Shown: positions 20,451-30,017 of the stretch, piece after piece
Position numbering within the stretch: the stretch's first letter is position 1
How the letters are laid out: the number at the start of each line of letters is the position of its first letter
From: an uncultured Akkermansia sp.
Lineage (GTDB): Bacteria > Verrucomicrobiota > Verrucomicrobiia > Opitutales > Opitutaceae
Direction of reading: 5' to 3'
Assembly: GCA_964579225.1 (NCBI GenBank)
Contig: CAZOGV010000001.1
Coordinates: 1 to 55,762, forward strand
Length of the DNA stretch: 55,762 nt
Program-made: the position numbers and the translations under genes
The notes under the pieces: model-generated
What the model saw: the letters and a program-made list of their open reading frames with translations, nothing else
Databases searched by the model: none
What the model was told of the DNA's origin: nothing

Positions 20451-21836
20451 TCACTTCCAATCGTAGCGCACACGGTAGGTGATGACTTTCTCTTCGTCGG
20501 GCGCGATCTTGACCCGAAACTCGATTGTCTGCGCGTCGGTCTTTTCATGCGGATCGGACTGCTGAATCACGCGCCAGTTGGGGCCGCTGCGCAGGCGCTC
20601 CACCACCCGCACCTCGACCGCCTCGGCTTTGCGGTTGCGGATTTTCACCTCGAACGCCTCTTCGCGGAAATCGTTGCGCGAACTCATCGACGCGTCCGCC
20701 TGCTTGCGCTCGACCGCAAGGTCAAACACGTCGCCGGTGCGCAGGCGCACGGTCTCGTTGCGCGCGGTGTGGTCGAGGTTGTCTTCGCCCACAAACTCCA
20801 GCCGTCCATCCTCCGCATCCTGCCGATAGAAGCGCGCCCGGCCTTTGGGCAGCGGCAGGCCGAGGCCGCCGTTTTCCGTGCTGTTCTTGAACTCGCGCAC
20901 CGTCGCCACCTTCGCGCCGTATTTATGCACGTCGTAGATGTAGATCTGCGGCGCGTTCACGCCGCTCGCGCGGATAAACTCGACCTGCTTGGTCTCCTGG
21001 TCGCGCAGCGTCACCGGGCGCGGCAGCGAGTAGAGATGGAACTCGTCGAAGGCCTTCTGCGTCACAGCTTCAGCCGCCATCGGCATCGCAGTAGGCATGG
21101 GCACTGCGCGTTTGCTGTGAAATTGCCCCGCCGGCTGCACGCGGTTCACGTCGCCGGCCATAAGTTTAACCGACGCCTCGTCGAAGCGTTTTCCGGTGTG
21201 GTTGCTCACCGTCACCCAGCCGACCAGATCCACCTCGTCGCCCTTTTCCGGGGCCACGAGATTGTAGGCGGCCTGCCAGCTCATGCCGCCGGTGATGTAG
21301 CCGAGCTCGGCCTCGATCTTCGCCTCACGATCCGAGTGGAGTTGCCACGCGAGCGTGGGCTGAAGAATGGCGTCGTCGCCCAGCGTGGGGAAGAGCGGCT
21401 GGCCGGGCAGCGAGAAGCGCAGCTTGCCGTCCACCTCGATGATGGGCGTGGCCCCGTGCCCCGCCGCACCGTGACCACTGCGCACCACGCGACCGCGCAC
21501 CAGATGCTCGCGGGCGTCGCGATCACGCACGATGAAATCGAGTTCCTTGCCTTCGTTCATCGCGAGCAACAGCCCTTCGGAGGCGGCGTCGGCGCGGTAG
21601 CTTTGTTCGAGGATGCGCAACGACACGCGGCCGGTGCGATCGCGCAACAACACCGAGTCCGGCTCCACCCGCGTGGTCGCGCCGCTAAAGGAGACCACGT
21701 TGACGCCGGGCTTCAGGTCGAGCGGCACGAGTTCGCGCACCACCGCGAAATCCTGGTTATAGATGGTGAGCGCGGGACCGGCTAAAAGGGCCGGGACGAG
21801 GGCGGCAAAGGCGGCCGCAAGGAGGCTGGTTTTCAT
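20451..21836 (-). CDS. exported DUF4139-domain protein
   Basis: Signal peptide, ALTIYNQDFAVVRE, YITGGMSWQAAY, FDEFHLYSL.RPVTL...ETKQV, FVGEDNLDHT. Confidence 0.85.
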   Translation of the reverse strand: MKTSLLAAAFAALVPALLAGPALTIYNQDFAVVRELVPLDLKPGVNVVSFSGATTRVEPDSVLLRDRTGRVSLRILEQSYRADAASEGLLLAMNEGKELDFIVRDRDAREHLVRGRVVRSGHGAAGHGATPIIEVDGKLRFSLPGQPLFPTLGDDAILQPTLAWQLHSDREAKIEAELGYITGGMSWQAAYNLVAPEKGDEVDLVGWVTVSNHTGKRFDEASVKLMAGDVNRVQPAGQFHSKRAVPMPTAMPMAAEAVTQKAFDEFHLYSLPRPVTLRDQETKQVEFIRASGVNAPQIYIYDVHKYGAKVATVREFKNSTENGGLGLPLPKGRARFYRQDAEDGRLEFVGEDNLDHTARNETVRLRTGDVFDLAVERKQADASMSSRNDFREEAFEVKIRNRKAEAVEVRVVERLRSGPNWRVIQQSDPHEKTDAQTIEFRVKIAPDEEKVITYRVRYDWK

Positions 21837-21891
21837 GAAGTATGAGGGAAAGTTTAGCGTTGTTTTGGCGGAGCTTCGCAAAATGTCGGGC

Positions 21892-23250
21892 CTATTCCGC
21901 GCGCTGCTGGCTGTAGGTCTGTTGGGCGCGGGCGCGGTATTCCTTGCGCTCGGCGTTGCTCAGACCCTCGGCCTCGACCTTGGCGGCGGCGGGCGCGGCC
22001 GGCGCGGCGACGGCGAGCACCTCGGCGTTGCCGTAGGCGGCGCCCAGCGAGGAAAGCGATTCACCCACGACGCGCAGGCGCCGCGCGGCCTCTTCGCGGC
22101 GACCGGCGTCTACCAGCGCGACGACTTCGTCGTTCGTCTCGGCGAGGCGGTTGGCGGCGTAGTCGGCCTGCACGGTGTGATTGGCGGCCTTCACCACCTC
22201 GGCGCGCTCGGCGGTGAACGAGGCGTTGACGCGGGCGCTCTCGCCGCCGGGACGCGCGTTGGCTGCGTTTTCATAACGAAGGCGGGCGAGGGCGATCTCG
22301 CGGGTCGTGCCTTTCTTGGCGGGCTCAAGCTCGACCTCGATGAGGGCAAATTTTTCCTGGCCGCCGTAGAGTTGGTTGAGTTCCACCACGGCGCGGTTGT
22401 TCTCCACCCGGCCATCGCGCCCGACGATGCGCACGGGGCGGGCGCCGGATCCGAAATCGATCTCCACCACAACGCGGCGCGCCACGATGCTGAGCACGTC
22501 GCCCAGCTCCTCCTTAAAAATGCGCGCGAGGTCGCGGCTGTGCTCCACGAAGTAGGTGTTGCCGTCGCTGCGGCGGGCGAGGCGCGTCATGAGGTCCTCG
22601 TTGAAATCGAGGCCGAGACCGATGGTCGTCACCGAGATACCCTGGCGCACGAGCTGCGCGCCGAGCGCGCCGAGTTCATCGGGCGTGCGCGGGCCCACGT
22701 TGGCCTGGCCGTCGGAAAGGAGCAGCACGCGATGGGTGAAGCTCTCCTCGATGTGCCGACGCACTTGCTCCGCGCCCTCGACCACGCCGCCGTGGAGATT
22801 GGTGGTGCCGCCGGAGGTGATGCCCTCGATGGCGGTGGAAAGCGCGTAGCCGTCGCCCACCCGGGCGGCGGGCACGAGCACGCGCACGCGGCTGTCGAAG
22901 ACCACGAGCGACACGATGTCGTTGGCGTCGAGGCGGCGCACCGCCTCCAACGCGGCCTCGCGGGCGCGCTCAATGCGTTCGCCGGACATGGAGCCGGATT
23001 TGTCGGTCACGAGGGCGAGGTTGATAGGCGCGCGGCGCACGACCTGGGCAGGACGCACGCCGTCGAGCGCGACCTTCACGATGACGGTTTCGCGCGAATC
23101 GGACGGCAGCACCGGGCGATCAAGCTCGATGCGCAGATTGACCGGGCCGGAAGCGGAGGCGGGCGCGGGCGCGGCGGGTTTGGCGGAGAGAAACAACGCG
23201 CCGGAGCAAAGTCCGAGCGCGGCGAGAGCGAGGAAGAGCGTGGTTTTCAT
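21892..23250 (-). CDS. exported VWA-domain protein (YfbK-like)
   Basis: MIDAS DKSGSM, GGTT, LLSDGQANVG. Signal peptide. Confidence 0.9.
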   Translation of the reverse strand: MKTTLFLALAALGLCSGALFLSAKPAAPAPASASGPVNLRIELDRPVLPSDSRETVIVKVALDGVRPAQVVRRAPINLALVTDKSGSMSGERIERAREAALEAVRRLDANDIVSLVVFDSRVRVLVPAARVGDGYALSTAIEGITSGGTTNLHGGVVEGAEQVRRHIEESFTHRVLLLSDGQANVGPRTPDELGALGAQLVRQGISVTTIGLGLDFNEDLMTRLARRSDGNTYFVEHSRDLARIFKEELGDVLSIVARRVVVEIDFGSGARPVRIVGRDGRVENNRAVVELNQLYGGQEKFALIEVELEPAKKGTTREIALARLRYENAANARPGGESARVNASFTAERAEVVKAANHTVQADYAANRLAETNDEVVALVDAGRREEAARRLRVVGESLSSLGAAYGNAEVLAVAAPAAPAAAKVEAEGLSNAERKEYRARAQQTYSQQRAE

Positions 23251-23286
23251 GACGCCCCCACCCTACCCTAAAGCGCGCGGCGAGTT

Positions 23287-23326
23287 GTCACCACGCGGTC
23301 AGGCGTTTGTCAGGAATTTGTCAGGC
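23287..23326 (-). promoter_or_regulatory. four TGAC direct repeats at 11-bp period (candidate OmpR-family binding array)
   Basis: GTCA at 23287, 23298, 23309, 23320 on the + strand, just upstream of the VWA-DUF4139-HK-RR operon. Confidence 0.55.
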
Positions 23327-24567
23327 GCGGGCCGCCGCCAGAGCAAAACCAACGCGGTCTGACGCGAGAGCTGGTCATGCGCGGCGCGCAAGCGACGATG
23401 GCTGCGCGCGAGCAACACGAGAAACCCCGCCACCAAAACGAGGCCGGCGATGAGCGCGGAGCGCAGCAGCCAGCGCAACCGCTCTTGGTTCGCCTCGGTC
23501 TCGATGAGCGCGAAGAGCGTGTCCGTCTCGCGCAGAATGGCGTGGGCCGAGGTGCGCGAGATGGAGCCCTCGTCGTCATCGTCCGCCAGGGTTTTGAGGC
23601 GAACCAGACCCTCGCGCGCTTGCGCGATCAACTGGCGCGCGCGTTCGTTGTCGCCGAGATCGCGATAAGCCCGGGCGCCGACCAGACGGGCGAGCGACTG
23701 GCGTTGCAGATCCTTGCCCGCATGGCCGAGCAGGGCCTCGAAATAGTGATGCACTTCCTCAGGGCGGCGGGCCTGCGCGAGCTGAAGAATGAAGTCCGCC
23801 AAATCGTGCTGCGCCGCCGCCAGCAACCAGTCGAGCTGGGCCGGCGAAAGCCGCTCCAGCGATTCCTGCCACACGCGCGCCAAAGCCAGCCTTAGATCGA
23901 GGATGGAATCGGCAATTGGGTGATGCGGTTGCGCGACACGTCGATTTCGCGCAACGAGCGCGCGCGTCCGATGCTTTTGGGCAATCGCTCCAACCGGTTG
24001 CCAGCGGCGGTGAAAACGAGCAGCACAGGCGCATTAAAAATCTCCTCCGGCACTTCTTCGAGGCGGTTGTAGTCCACCTCCAAGTCTTCGAGATAGGCGA
24101 GCTGGCCGAGCTCCGGCGGCAGGCGAACGAGGTCGTTCTCGCGCACCTCCAACTCGGTCAACGAGACGAGCCGGGTGATATCGGCCGGCAGCTCGGTGAG
24201 GCGATTGCCGGAGATTTCGAGTTCGTTGAGCGTGACGAGATCGAGCAACTCGCGCGGGAAAACCGTGAACGCGTTTCGGTTGAGTTCGATTTCGTTCAGC
24301 TTCGTGAGGCTGCTCAAATCGCTCGGCAGCGTGGAGAGCTGATTGTCGTTCAACATCAGCATTTCCAGATTCGGCAGCTCCAAAATCTGCGCAGGAAACT
24401 CGGTCAGGCCGCGGTCGGAGAGGTTGAGCTTCCGCACCGTCTGCGGCTCGCGCAGCGCCTCCTCCAGAGAGTAAAACCACGGGGCTATCTTCAGCGACTC
24501 GTCGGCGCGCGCCGCGCTCGCCAAAAACAGAAGCGGGAAACCAAAGAGAAAACACGAGCGCGCGCAT
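23299..24567 (-). pseudogene. exported leucine-rich-repeat membrane protein disrupted by two 1-bp frameshifts
   Basis: About 8 LRRs in ORF 23892-24839. Removing one base near 24537 gives signal peptide MRALVFSLWFPLLFLASAARA. Adding one base near 23911 gives LP-DSILDL and joins ORF 23299-23883, which has a C-terminal TM. Confidence 0.7.
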
Positions 24568-24642
24568 CCGGCTTGACGTGCCCGCCACGCCCGCCGCGTC
24601 AACCCGTCGCGCCCCTGCCACGCAATCGTAACGCGCAACGTG

Positions 24643-25599
24643 TCAGCCCGCCCGGCGGCGCAGCGCGCGCGGACTCGCGCCGAAGGTCGCCTTGAACACG
24701 CGGTTGAACTGCGAGATCGAGGCGAAGCCGCAGGCCCGCGCCACCTCCGCCACCGAACGCGCGGCCTCGTCGGCATCGCCCTCGCCTTCGTCCTCGGCGA
24801 GCATCGCGCGCGCCCGCTCCGCCCGATAACGCGCCACATAGTCCACCAGCCGCAGCCCCGTGGCGTGATGAAAAATCCGGCTCAGATGCGCCGCGCTCAC
24901 CCCGAGCCGCCGCGCCAGCAAGGGCACGCGCAGCGGCCGCGCATACTCCGCGTGAACGATGCGGTAGGCGCGCTCCACCAACTCGGGCACACCCGTCGGC
25001 GCGCTCGCGAGGTGCTCCGTCATGGCGCGCCCGATGCGCTCCGCGCCCGCCTGCAACATCCGCGTCAACGCCGCCCGCCGTGTCGCTCCACACTCCGGCG
25101 CGCCCGCCCGCAGACGCGCCATATCCTCCGCGCGCCACTCCACCCCGAGGCGCGCCAGCAAGTGACGCGCGCGGTTCGCCGTCTTGGTCGTCTCCACACC
25201 CTCGCGCAGGCCCGAAGCCAAAAAATGCCCCGCCACCACCCCGCCCACCGCCACCGGCACGAGCATCTCAACCAGGCCCGCGTCGCACCCCGCCTCGGCC
25301 GGCGCGCTCGTCGCCCGCTCGCGCAGTTTTTGGCGAAAGGAAACACACATCCGACACCCGCCCGGCTCCCGCATCATACGCGAGCAAAGCGCGACCGGCT
25401 CCTGCCCGACATTCCGCACGCTAGCCGCCGCACCCGCCCCCGCACCCGCCGCCACCGACGACGCCTCCGCCGAAACCGACACCGAGGGCCAAAAACGCAC
25501 CGGCACGCCGGCCAGCAACGACACGTCGTCGAGAAAACCCCGCAGCTCCGGCAAGGCCGACAAGCGAGAGGCGAGAGCTTGGCGCACGACCAAAGGCAT
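24643..25599 (-). CDS. AraC-family regulator with PocR-like sensor domain
   Basis: C..M......C, CDAGLVEMLVPV..GG...G. C-terminal HLSRIFH..TG and VARACGFASISQFNRVFK. Confidence 0.9.
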   Translation of the reverse strand: MPLVVRQALASRLSALPELRGFLDDVSLLAGVPVRFWPSVSVSAEASSVAAGAGAGAAASVRNVGQEPVALCSRMMREPGGCRMCVSFRQKLRERATSAPAEAGCDAGLVEMLVPVAVGGVVAGHFLASGLREGVETTKTANRARHLLARLGVEWRAEDMARLRAGAPECGATRRAALTRMLQAGAERIGRAMTEHLASAPTGVPELVERAYRIVHAEYARPLRVPLLARRLGVSAAHLSRIFHHATGLRLVDYVARYRAERARAMLAEDEGEGDADEAARSVAEVARACGFASISQFNRVFKATFGASPRALRRRAG

Positions 25600-25618
25600 G
25601 CCGCCGAGGCAAAAGCGC

Positions 25619-25658
25619 GATTGCTCAAAACACGATAACAATTGCGCATTTTATGATG
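25619..25658 (+). promoter_or_regulatory. candidate AraC-type half-sites
   Basis: TTGCTCA..A.GAT and TTGCGCA..A.GAT at 21-bp spacing in the divergent AraC/DUF4914 intergenic region. Confidence 0.3.
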
Positions 25659-25788
25659 CCACAATTTGCGCACGCCCCGCCAATCCGTCGCCAGCGCCCG
25701 CGCGGCGCTTCTGTTAACTTCGTTCCCGTTCGCCGCCGGCCCCGTGCCGCGCGGCCCACGTCAACACCACACCCAAGCTCGAAACGCC

Positions 25789-27714
25789 ATGAACACACCG
25801 CTCACCGCCTCCGCCTCGCCCACTGTCCACGCCGCCGCACCCGCGGCCGGCTTCAAGCTCCCCTACGCCTTGCCCCCGGAGGCCGAGGCCATCCTCGCCG
25901 CCGCGCCGAAGGTCACCCTCGCGCGCAGCGTGGACGATCTGGTCTCGCTCGCGGTGCGCGACGCGAAACACGGCTGGCACGAGGTCGCCTACGAGGTGCC
26001 GGGCAAGGGCATGGTTCTCGAGGCCCGGGTCTGCCAGGCGCGCAACGGCATCGCCGCCAACTACGTCGATCCCTACATGCGCCGCCGCGACCCGGACTGC
26101 ATGGTGATCGGCGACGAGCGCCCGACCGACAAGCCCACCTACCGCGCGCAGTTCGGCGCCGAATTCGCGCCGCTGCGCGAAGAGACTTTCGCGTGGTTGA
26201 AGACGCAGCCGCTGGCCGTGTTCCCCTTCATCGCGGGCATCAAGGGCAAGGGCACGCACGCCCTCGTCATCGCGCCGGACAACGCCGGCTTCTTCGCCCT
26301 CGGCCTCGCCCTCCTCCAGGGCATGCTCTCGCCCGACGAGGTGCCGGCCGACTTCAAGCCCGGTGCCATCATCTACGTCGCCCCGCCCTTCCGCCACACC
26401 CACTTCGCCGGCAAACAGATCGTCGTGCACAACCGCTGCGACGACCTCCACGAGTTGTTCAGCTACAACCTCTACCCCGGCCCCTCGGCCAAGAAGGGCA
26501 TCTACGGCGTGTTGCTCAACCTGGGCGAAAACGAAAACTGGACCACCATCCACTGCTCGACCGCGCAGGTCATCACGCCCTACGGCAACAAGCTCGTCAT
26601 CTCGCACGAGGGCGCGAGCGGCGGCGGCAAGAGCGAGATGCTCGAGCACATCCATCGCCAGCCCGACGGCAGCCTTCTGCTTGGTCGCAACCTCGTGACC
26701 GGCGACGAACGCAGCGTCGTGCTGCCTCGCGCCTGCGATGTGCGCCCCGTCACCGACGACATGGCGCTCTGCCATCCGTCTCTCCAGAAGGGCGCGGGCA
26801 AGCTCGCCGTGGTGGACGCCGAGGACGCGTGGTTCGTGCGCGTCAACCACATCAACGCCTACGGCACCGACCCGCACCTCGAGGCCCTCACGCTCAAGGC
26901 CGGCCTGCCGCTCCTGTTCCTCAATATCGAGGCCCAGCCCGGCGCCACCGCGCTGATCTGGGAGCACATCGAGGACGCGCCCGGCAAGCCCTGCCCCAAC
27001 CCGCGCATCGTGCTTCCGCGCAACCTGGTGCCCGGCGTGGTGGACGGCGAGGTGGACGTCGATGTGCGCAGCTTCGGCGTGCGTTGCCCGCCCTGCACCC
27101 GCGAGAACCCCACCTACGGCATCCTCGGTCTCTTCCATGTGCTGCCGCCCGCGCTCGCCTGGCTCTGGCGCCTGGTCGCCCCGCGCGGCCATGCCAACCC
27201 CAGCATCGTGTCGAGCGAGGGCATGTCGTCCGAGGGCGTGGGCTCCTACTGGCCCTTCGCCACCGGCCGCCGCGTCGATCAGGCCAACCTGCTCCTCGAC
27301 CAGATCACCGAACATCCCGACGTCCGCTACGTGCTCATCCCCAACCAGCACGTCGGCGCGTGGGAGGTGAGCTTCATGCCGCAGTGGATCACCCGCGAAT
27401 TCCTCGCGCGTCGCGGCGGAGCGAAGTTCGAGAAGAGCGAACTGCGCGCCTCGCGCTGCCCCCTGCTCGGCTTCACCCCGCACAAGATCCAAGTCGAGGG
27501 CGGCACCATCGGCTCGTGGTTCTTCGAGGTGGACCTGCAGCCCGAGGTGGGCGAGGCGGCCTACGACAAGGGCGCGGAGTTGCTCAACGAGTTCTTCGCC
27601 CGCGAACTCGAGACCTTCCTCACGCCCGACCTGAATCCGCTCGGTCGCAAGATCATCGAGACCTGCCTCGCCGGCGGCACGCTCGCCGACTACGAGGCGC
27701 TCATCCCGCAGTAA
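25789..27714 (+). CDS. DUF4914-family protein (P-loop, PEP-carboxykinase-like)
   Basis: About 640 aa. YMRRRDPDCMVIGD, YNLYPGPSAKKG, HEGASGGGKSEM, TDDMA, CPNPR. Confidence 0.8.
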   Translation: MNTPLTASASPTVHAAAPAAGFKLPYALPPEAEAILAAAPKVTLARSVDDLVSLAVRDAKHGWHEVAYEVPGKGMVLEARVCQARNGIAANYVDPYMRRRDPDCMVIGDERPTDKPTYRAQFGAEFAPLREETFAWLKTQPLAVFPFIAGIKGKGTHALVIAPDNAGFFALGLALLQGMLSPDEVPADFKPGAIIYVAPPFRHTHFAGKQIVVHNRCDDLHELFSYNLYPGPSAKKGIYGVLLNLGENENWTTIHCSTAQVITPYGNKLVISHEGASGGGKSEMLEHIHRQPDGSLLLGRNLVTGDERSVVLPRACDVRPVTDDMALCHPSLQKGAGKLAVVDAEDAWFVRVNHINAYGTDPHLEALTLKAGLPLLFLNIEAQPGATALIWEHIEDAPGKPCPNPRIVLPRNLVPGVVDGEVDVDVRSFGVRCPPCTRENPTYGILGLFHVLPPALAWLWRLVAPRGHANPSIVSSEGMSSEGVGSYWPFATGRRVDQANLLLDQITEHPDVRYVLIPNQHVGAWEVSFMPQWITREFLARRGGAKFEKSELRASRCPLLGFTPHKIQVEGGTIGSWFFEVDLQPEVGEAAYDKGAELLNEFFARELETFLTPDLNPLGRKIIETCLAGGTLADYEALIPQ

Positions 27715-27779
27715 ACGGCGCAGCGAGGCGGCAACGCCCGCCGCCTTCAACCCCGCCGTATCGCCCATAGTCGGCCGCC

Positions 27780-27818
27780 GCCGCCCCGCGCTCTTGTCAG
27801 CGCGGGGCGGCTTTTTTT
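27780..27818 (+). terminator. terminator after the DUF4914 gene
   Basis: 13-bp GC stem GCCGCCCCGCGCT/AGCGCGGGGCGGC plus T7. Confidence 0.9.
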
Positions 27819-27866
27819 GGTCCGTCCGACAGCACTCGATGGCACCAATAGACAATCAGCCGCTCG

Positions 27867-28021
27867 CCAAACCGTCAATTGGACGCTCACCAAACCGTCA
27901 AATAGACGCTATATTAAATAAATATCTAAAAGCATTTTATGCATATTATCTTCTTCTAATAGGCAAATAGACGCTTGCCAAATAGGCAAATAGACGCTCA
28001 CTTAACCGGCAAATGGACGCT
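27867..28021 (+). repeat. five 21-bp direct repeats (..CAAATAGACGCT) flanking an AT-rich core
   Basis: Copies at 27867, 27890, 27955, 27978, 28001. The period is 23 bp within each block. Confidence 0.8.
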
Positions 28022-29260
28022 CTTGATTGGCCACGTTCTATGCTGGGTCCGCTGCGCATCGCGCTGGCGGACACGCCGGTGGTTGCGATCTTGGGTCCGC
28101 GCCAGTGCGGCAAGAGCACCTTGGCGCGGCTGCTCATGCCGAAATACGGTTATGTGAGCCTCGACGATCCCGACGCGCTCGCGCTCGCGCACAAGGACCC
28201 GCGCAACTTCATGGCCGCGCTGCCCGATCCGGTGATCATCGACGAGATTCAGCGCGCGCCGGAGCTGATGCGCGCGATCAAACACTCCGTGGACCGGGAC
28301 CGGCGTCCCGGGCGCTTCGTGCTCACCGGCTCGGCCAATCTTCTGCTCATGCCCAGGCTCGGCGACTCGCTCGCCGGGCGCATGGCGGTGCTCGAGTTGC
28401 AACCGCTCACCGCCGCCGAGCGCGCGCGCCGCGAGGGCGATTTTTTGCGCGCCTGGATGGCGAACGAGCTGCGACCCACGCTCAGCCTCGCCGAGACCGC
28501 GCCCGGCGACCCGCTTGATTTTCCGCGTCGGATTATGTCGGGCGGTTTTCCCGAGCCCCTGGGCCGCACTCCGGAGCGCGCACGGGCCTGGCATCGCGAC
28601 TACCTGCGCTCGCTCCTCGACCGCGACGTGAACGACGTCGCGCGCATCCGCGAGCCGCGCGAGGTCGGGCGCCTGTTGAACTTGCTCGCGCTGCGCAACG
28701 GAGAGCTGCTCAACGTCTCCACCCTGGCCAACGAACTCGATCTGCGCCGCGAGACGGTGGACAACTACCTCTCGGCCTGCGAGCGGCTCTACCTCGTGCG
28801 CCGCCTGCAACCCTGGCACAGCCACGAGTCCAAACGCCTGATCAAAACGCCCAAGGTTCACTTCGTGGACAGCGGTCTCGCGGCGACGCTCGCCGATCTC
28901 GTGCCCGAGGACTGGACGCAACGGCGCGACCGCTGCGGACATTTGCTGGAGTCCTTCGTGCTCCAGCAACTCATCGCGCAAGCCGGCTGGACCGACCCCG
29001 AGCTGAAGTTCTGGCACTACCGCGACAAGGACCTCGTCGAGGTGGACATCGTGATGACCCGCGGCAAGCGCACCTGGGGCGTGGAGGTGAAGTCCACCGC
29101 CACGCCCTCGCTCGCGGACGTGTCGGGCCTGCGCCGTCTGGCGGCGCAGTGCGGCAAAGACTTCGCCGGCGGCGTGCTTTTCCACTCCGGCGAGCACATG
29201 ATCACGCTCAGCGACCCGCGCTTTCTCGCCGTGCCGCTCTCGAAGCTTTGGGAACTGTAG
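28013..29260 (+). CDS. AAA+ ATPase with C-terminal DUF4143 (wHTH + PD-(D/E)XK-like)
   Basis: GPRQCGKST, IIDEIQR, FVLTGS, SLAGR, GGFP, EVDIV...GVEVKS. The start could be 28040. Confidence 0.9.
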   Translation: MDALDWPRSMLGPLRIALADTPVVAILGPRQCGKSTLARLLMPKYGYVSLDDPDALALAHKDPRNFMAALPDPVIIDEIQRAPELMRAIKHSVDRDRRPGRFVLTGSANLLLMPRLGDSLAGRMAVLELQPLTAAERARREGDFLRAWMANELRPTLSLAETAPGDPLDFPRRIMSGGFPEPLGRTPERARAWHRDYLRSLLDRDVNDVARIREPREVGRLLNLLALRNGELLNVSTLANELDLRRETVDNYLSACERLYLVRRLQPWHSHESKRLIKTPKVHFVDSGLAATLADLVPEDWTQRRDRCGHLLESFVLQQLIAQAGWTDPELKFWHYRDKDLVEVDIVMTRGKRTWGVEVKSTATPSLADVSGLRRLAAQCGKDFAGGVLFHSGEHMITLSDPRFLAVPLSKLWEL

Positions 29261-29328
29261 CGGTCGCGCGACCGGGCGAAAGCTAAAGCGCTTAAAAAAA
29301 GAACCGTAGCCGTTACGGTCTGTTTTGG

Positions 29329-29413
29329 GGTAGGGACGGACCGCTGGGCCGTCCGCGTCGCTCCTCGGCAATTCGCTACTCCTACGCGGCGGGCCCAGCG
29401 GTCCCGCCCTACC
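29329..29413. repeat. GTAG-type REP doublet
   Basis: GGTAGGGACGGACCGCTGGGCCGTCCG ... GGCGGGCCCAGCGGTCCCGCCCTACC. Confidence 0.88.
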
Positions 29414-29461
29414 GCTAAAAACAGCTACAGCTTTATTGGAAATGCTCCAGCCGGACCGCGA

Positions 29462-29998
29462 TCAGCCGTCCGTGCGCAGCCGCGCGTAAACGCGGTGGTT
29501 CACGTAGTGATCGTAGAGCCACTCGGCGTCGCGCGCGACGCCCTCGAAGCGGAAGCCGCAGCGCTCGGCCACCGCCGCGCTGGCGGTGTTTTCCTCCGCG
29601 CAGGCGATGACCTGGCGGTGCAGATTTTTCTTCGCGAAACCGTAGGAGGCCAGCGCCGCCACGCAGCGGCTCATGATGCCGCGCCCCTGCGCCTCGGCCG
29701 CGAGCCAGTAGCCGATGTGCGCGGAGCGATTCGGCGTATCGATGCGGTTGTAGCCGCACACGCCGACGAGGATGTTTTGCTCGTAGATGCCGCAATGCAG
29801 TCCGGTGCTCGCGGAGGCTTCGCGCAGGGTAAATTCGATAAAATGCAGGGTGGCCGCCGACACGCGCGTCTGGTCAAGCCACGGCAACCAGCGACGCAGA
29901 TGCGCGCGGTTGGCGTCGGTCAACGCGAAGAGTTCCTCCACATCATCGACGTGGAGCTGGGCGAGACGCAGACCGGAATCAACAGGCAGCGCGTGCAT
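29462..29998 (-). CDS. RimJ/RimL-type GNAT N-acetyltransferase
   Basis: NRAHLRRWLPW, IGYWL...AQGRGIM, ENTASAAVAERCGFRFEG. Confidence 0.92.
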   Translation of the reverse strand: MHALPVDSGLRLAQLHVDDVEELFALTDANRAHLRRWLPWLDQTRVSAATLHFIEFTLREASASTGLHCGIYEQNILVGVCGYNRIDTPNRSAHIGYWLAAEAQGRGIMSRCVAALASYGFAKKNLHRQVIACAEENTASAAVAERCGFRFEGVARDAEWLYDHYVNHRVYARLRTDG

Positions 29999-30017
29999 GA
30001 GCGTAGTGGGAAAACGG

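Noticed and set aside
21872-21883. TTTGCGAAGCT shared between the DUF4139 and sod upstream regions
   Set aside because: Only two copies, at different distances from the start codons.
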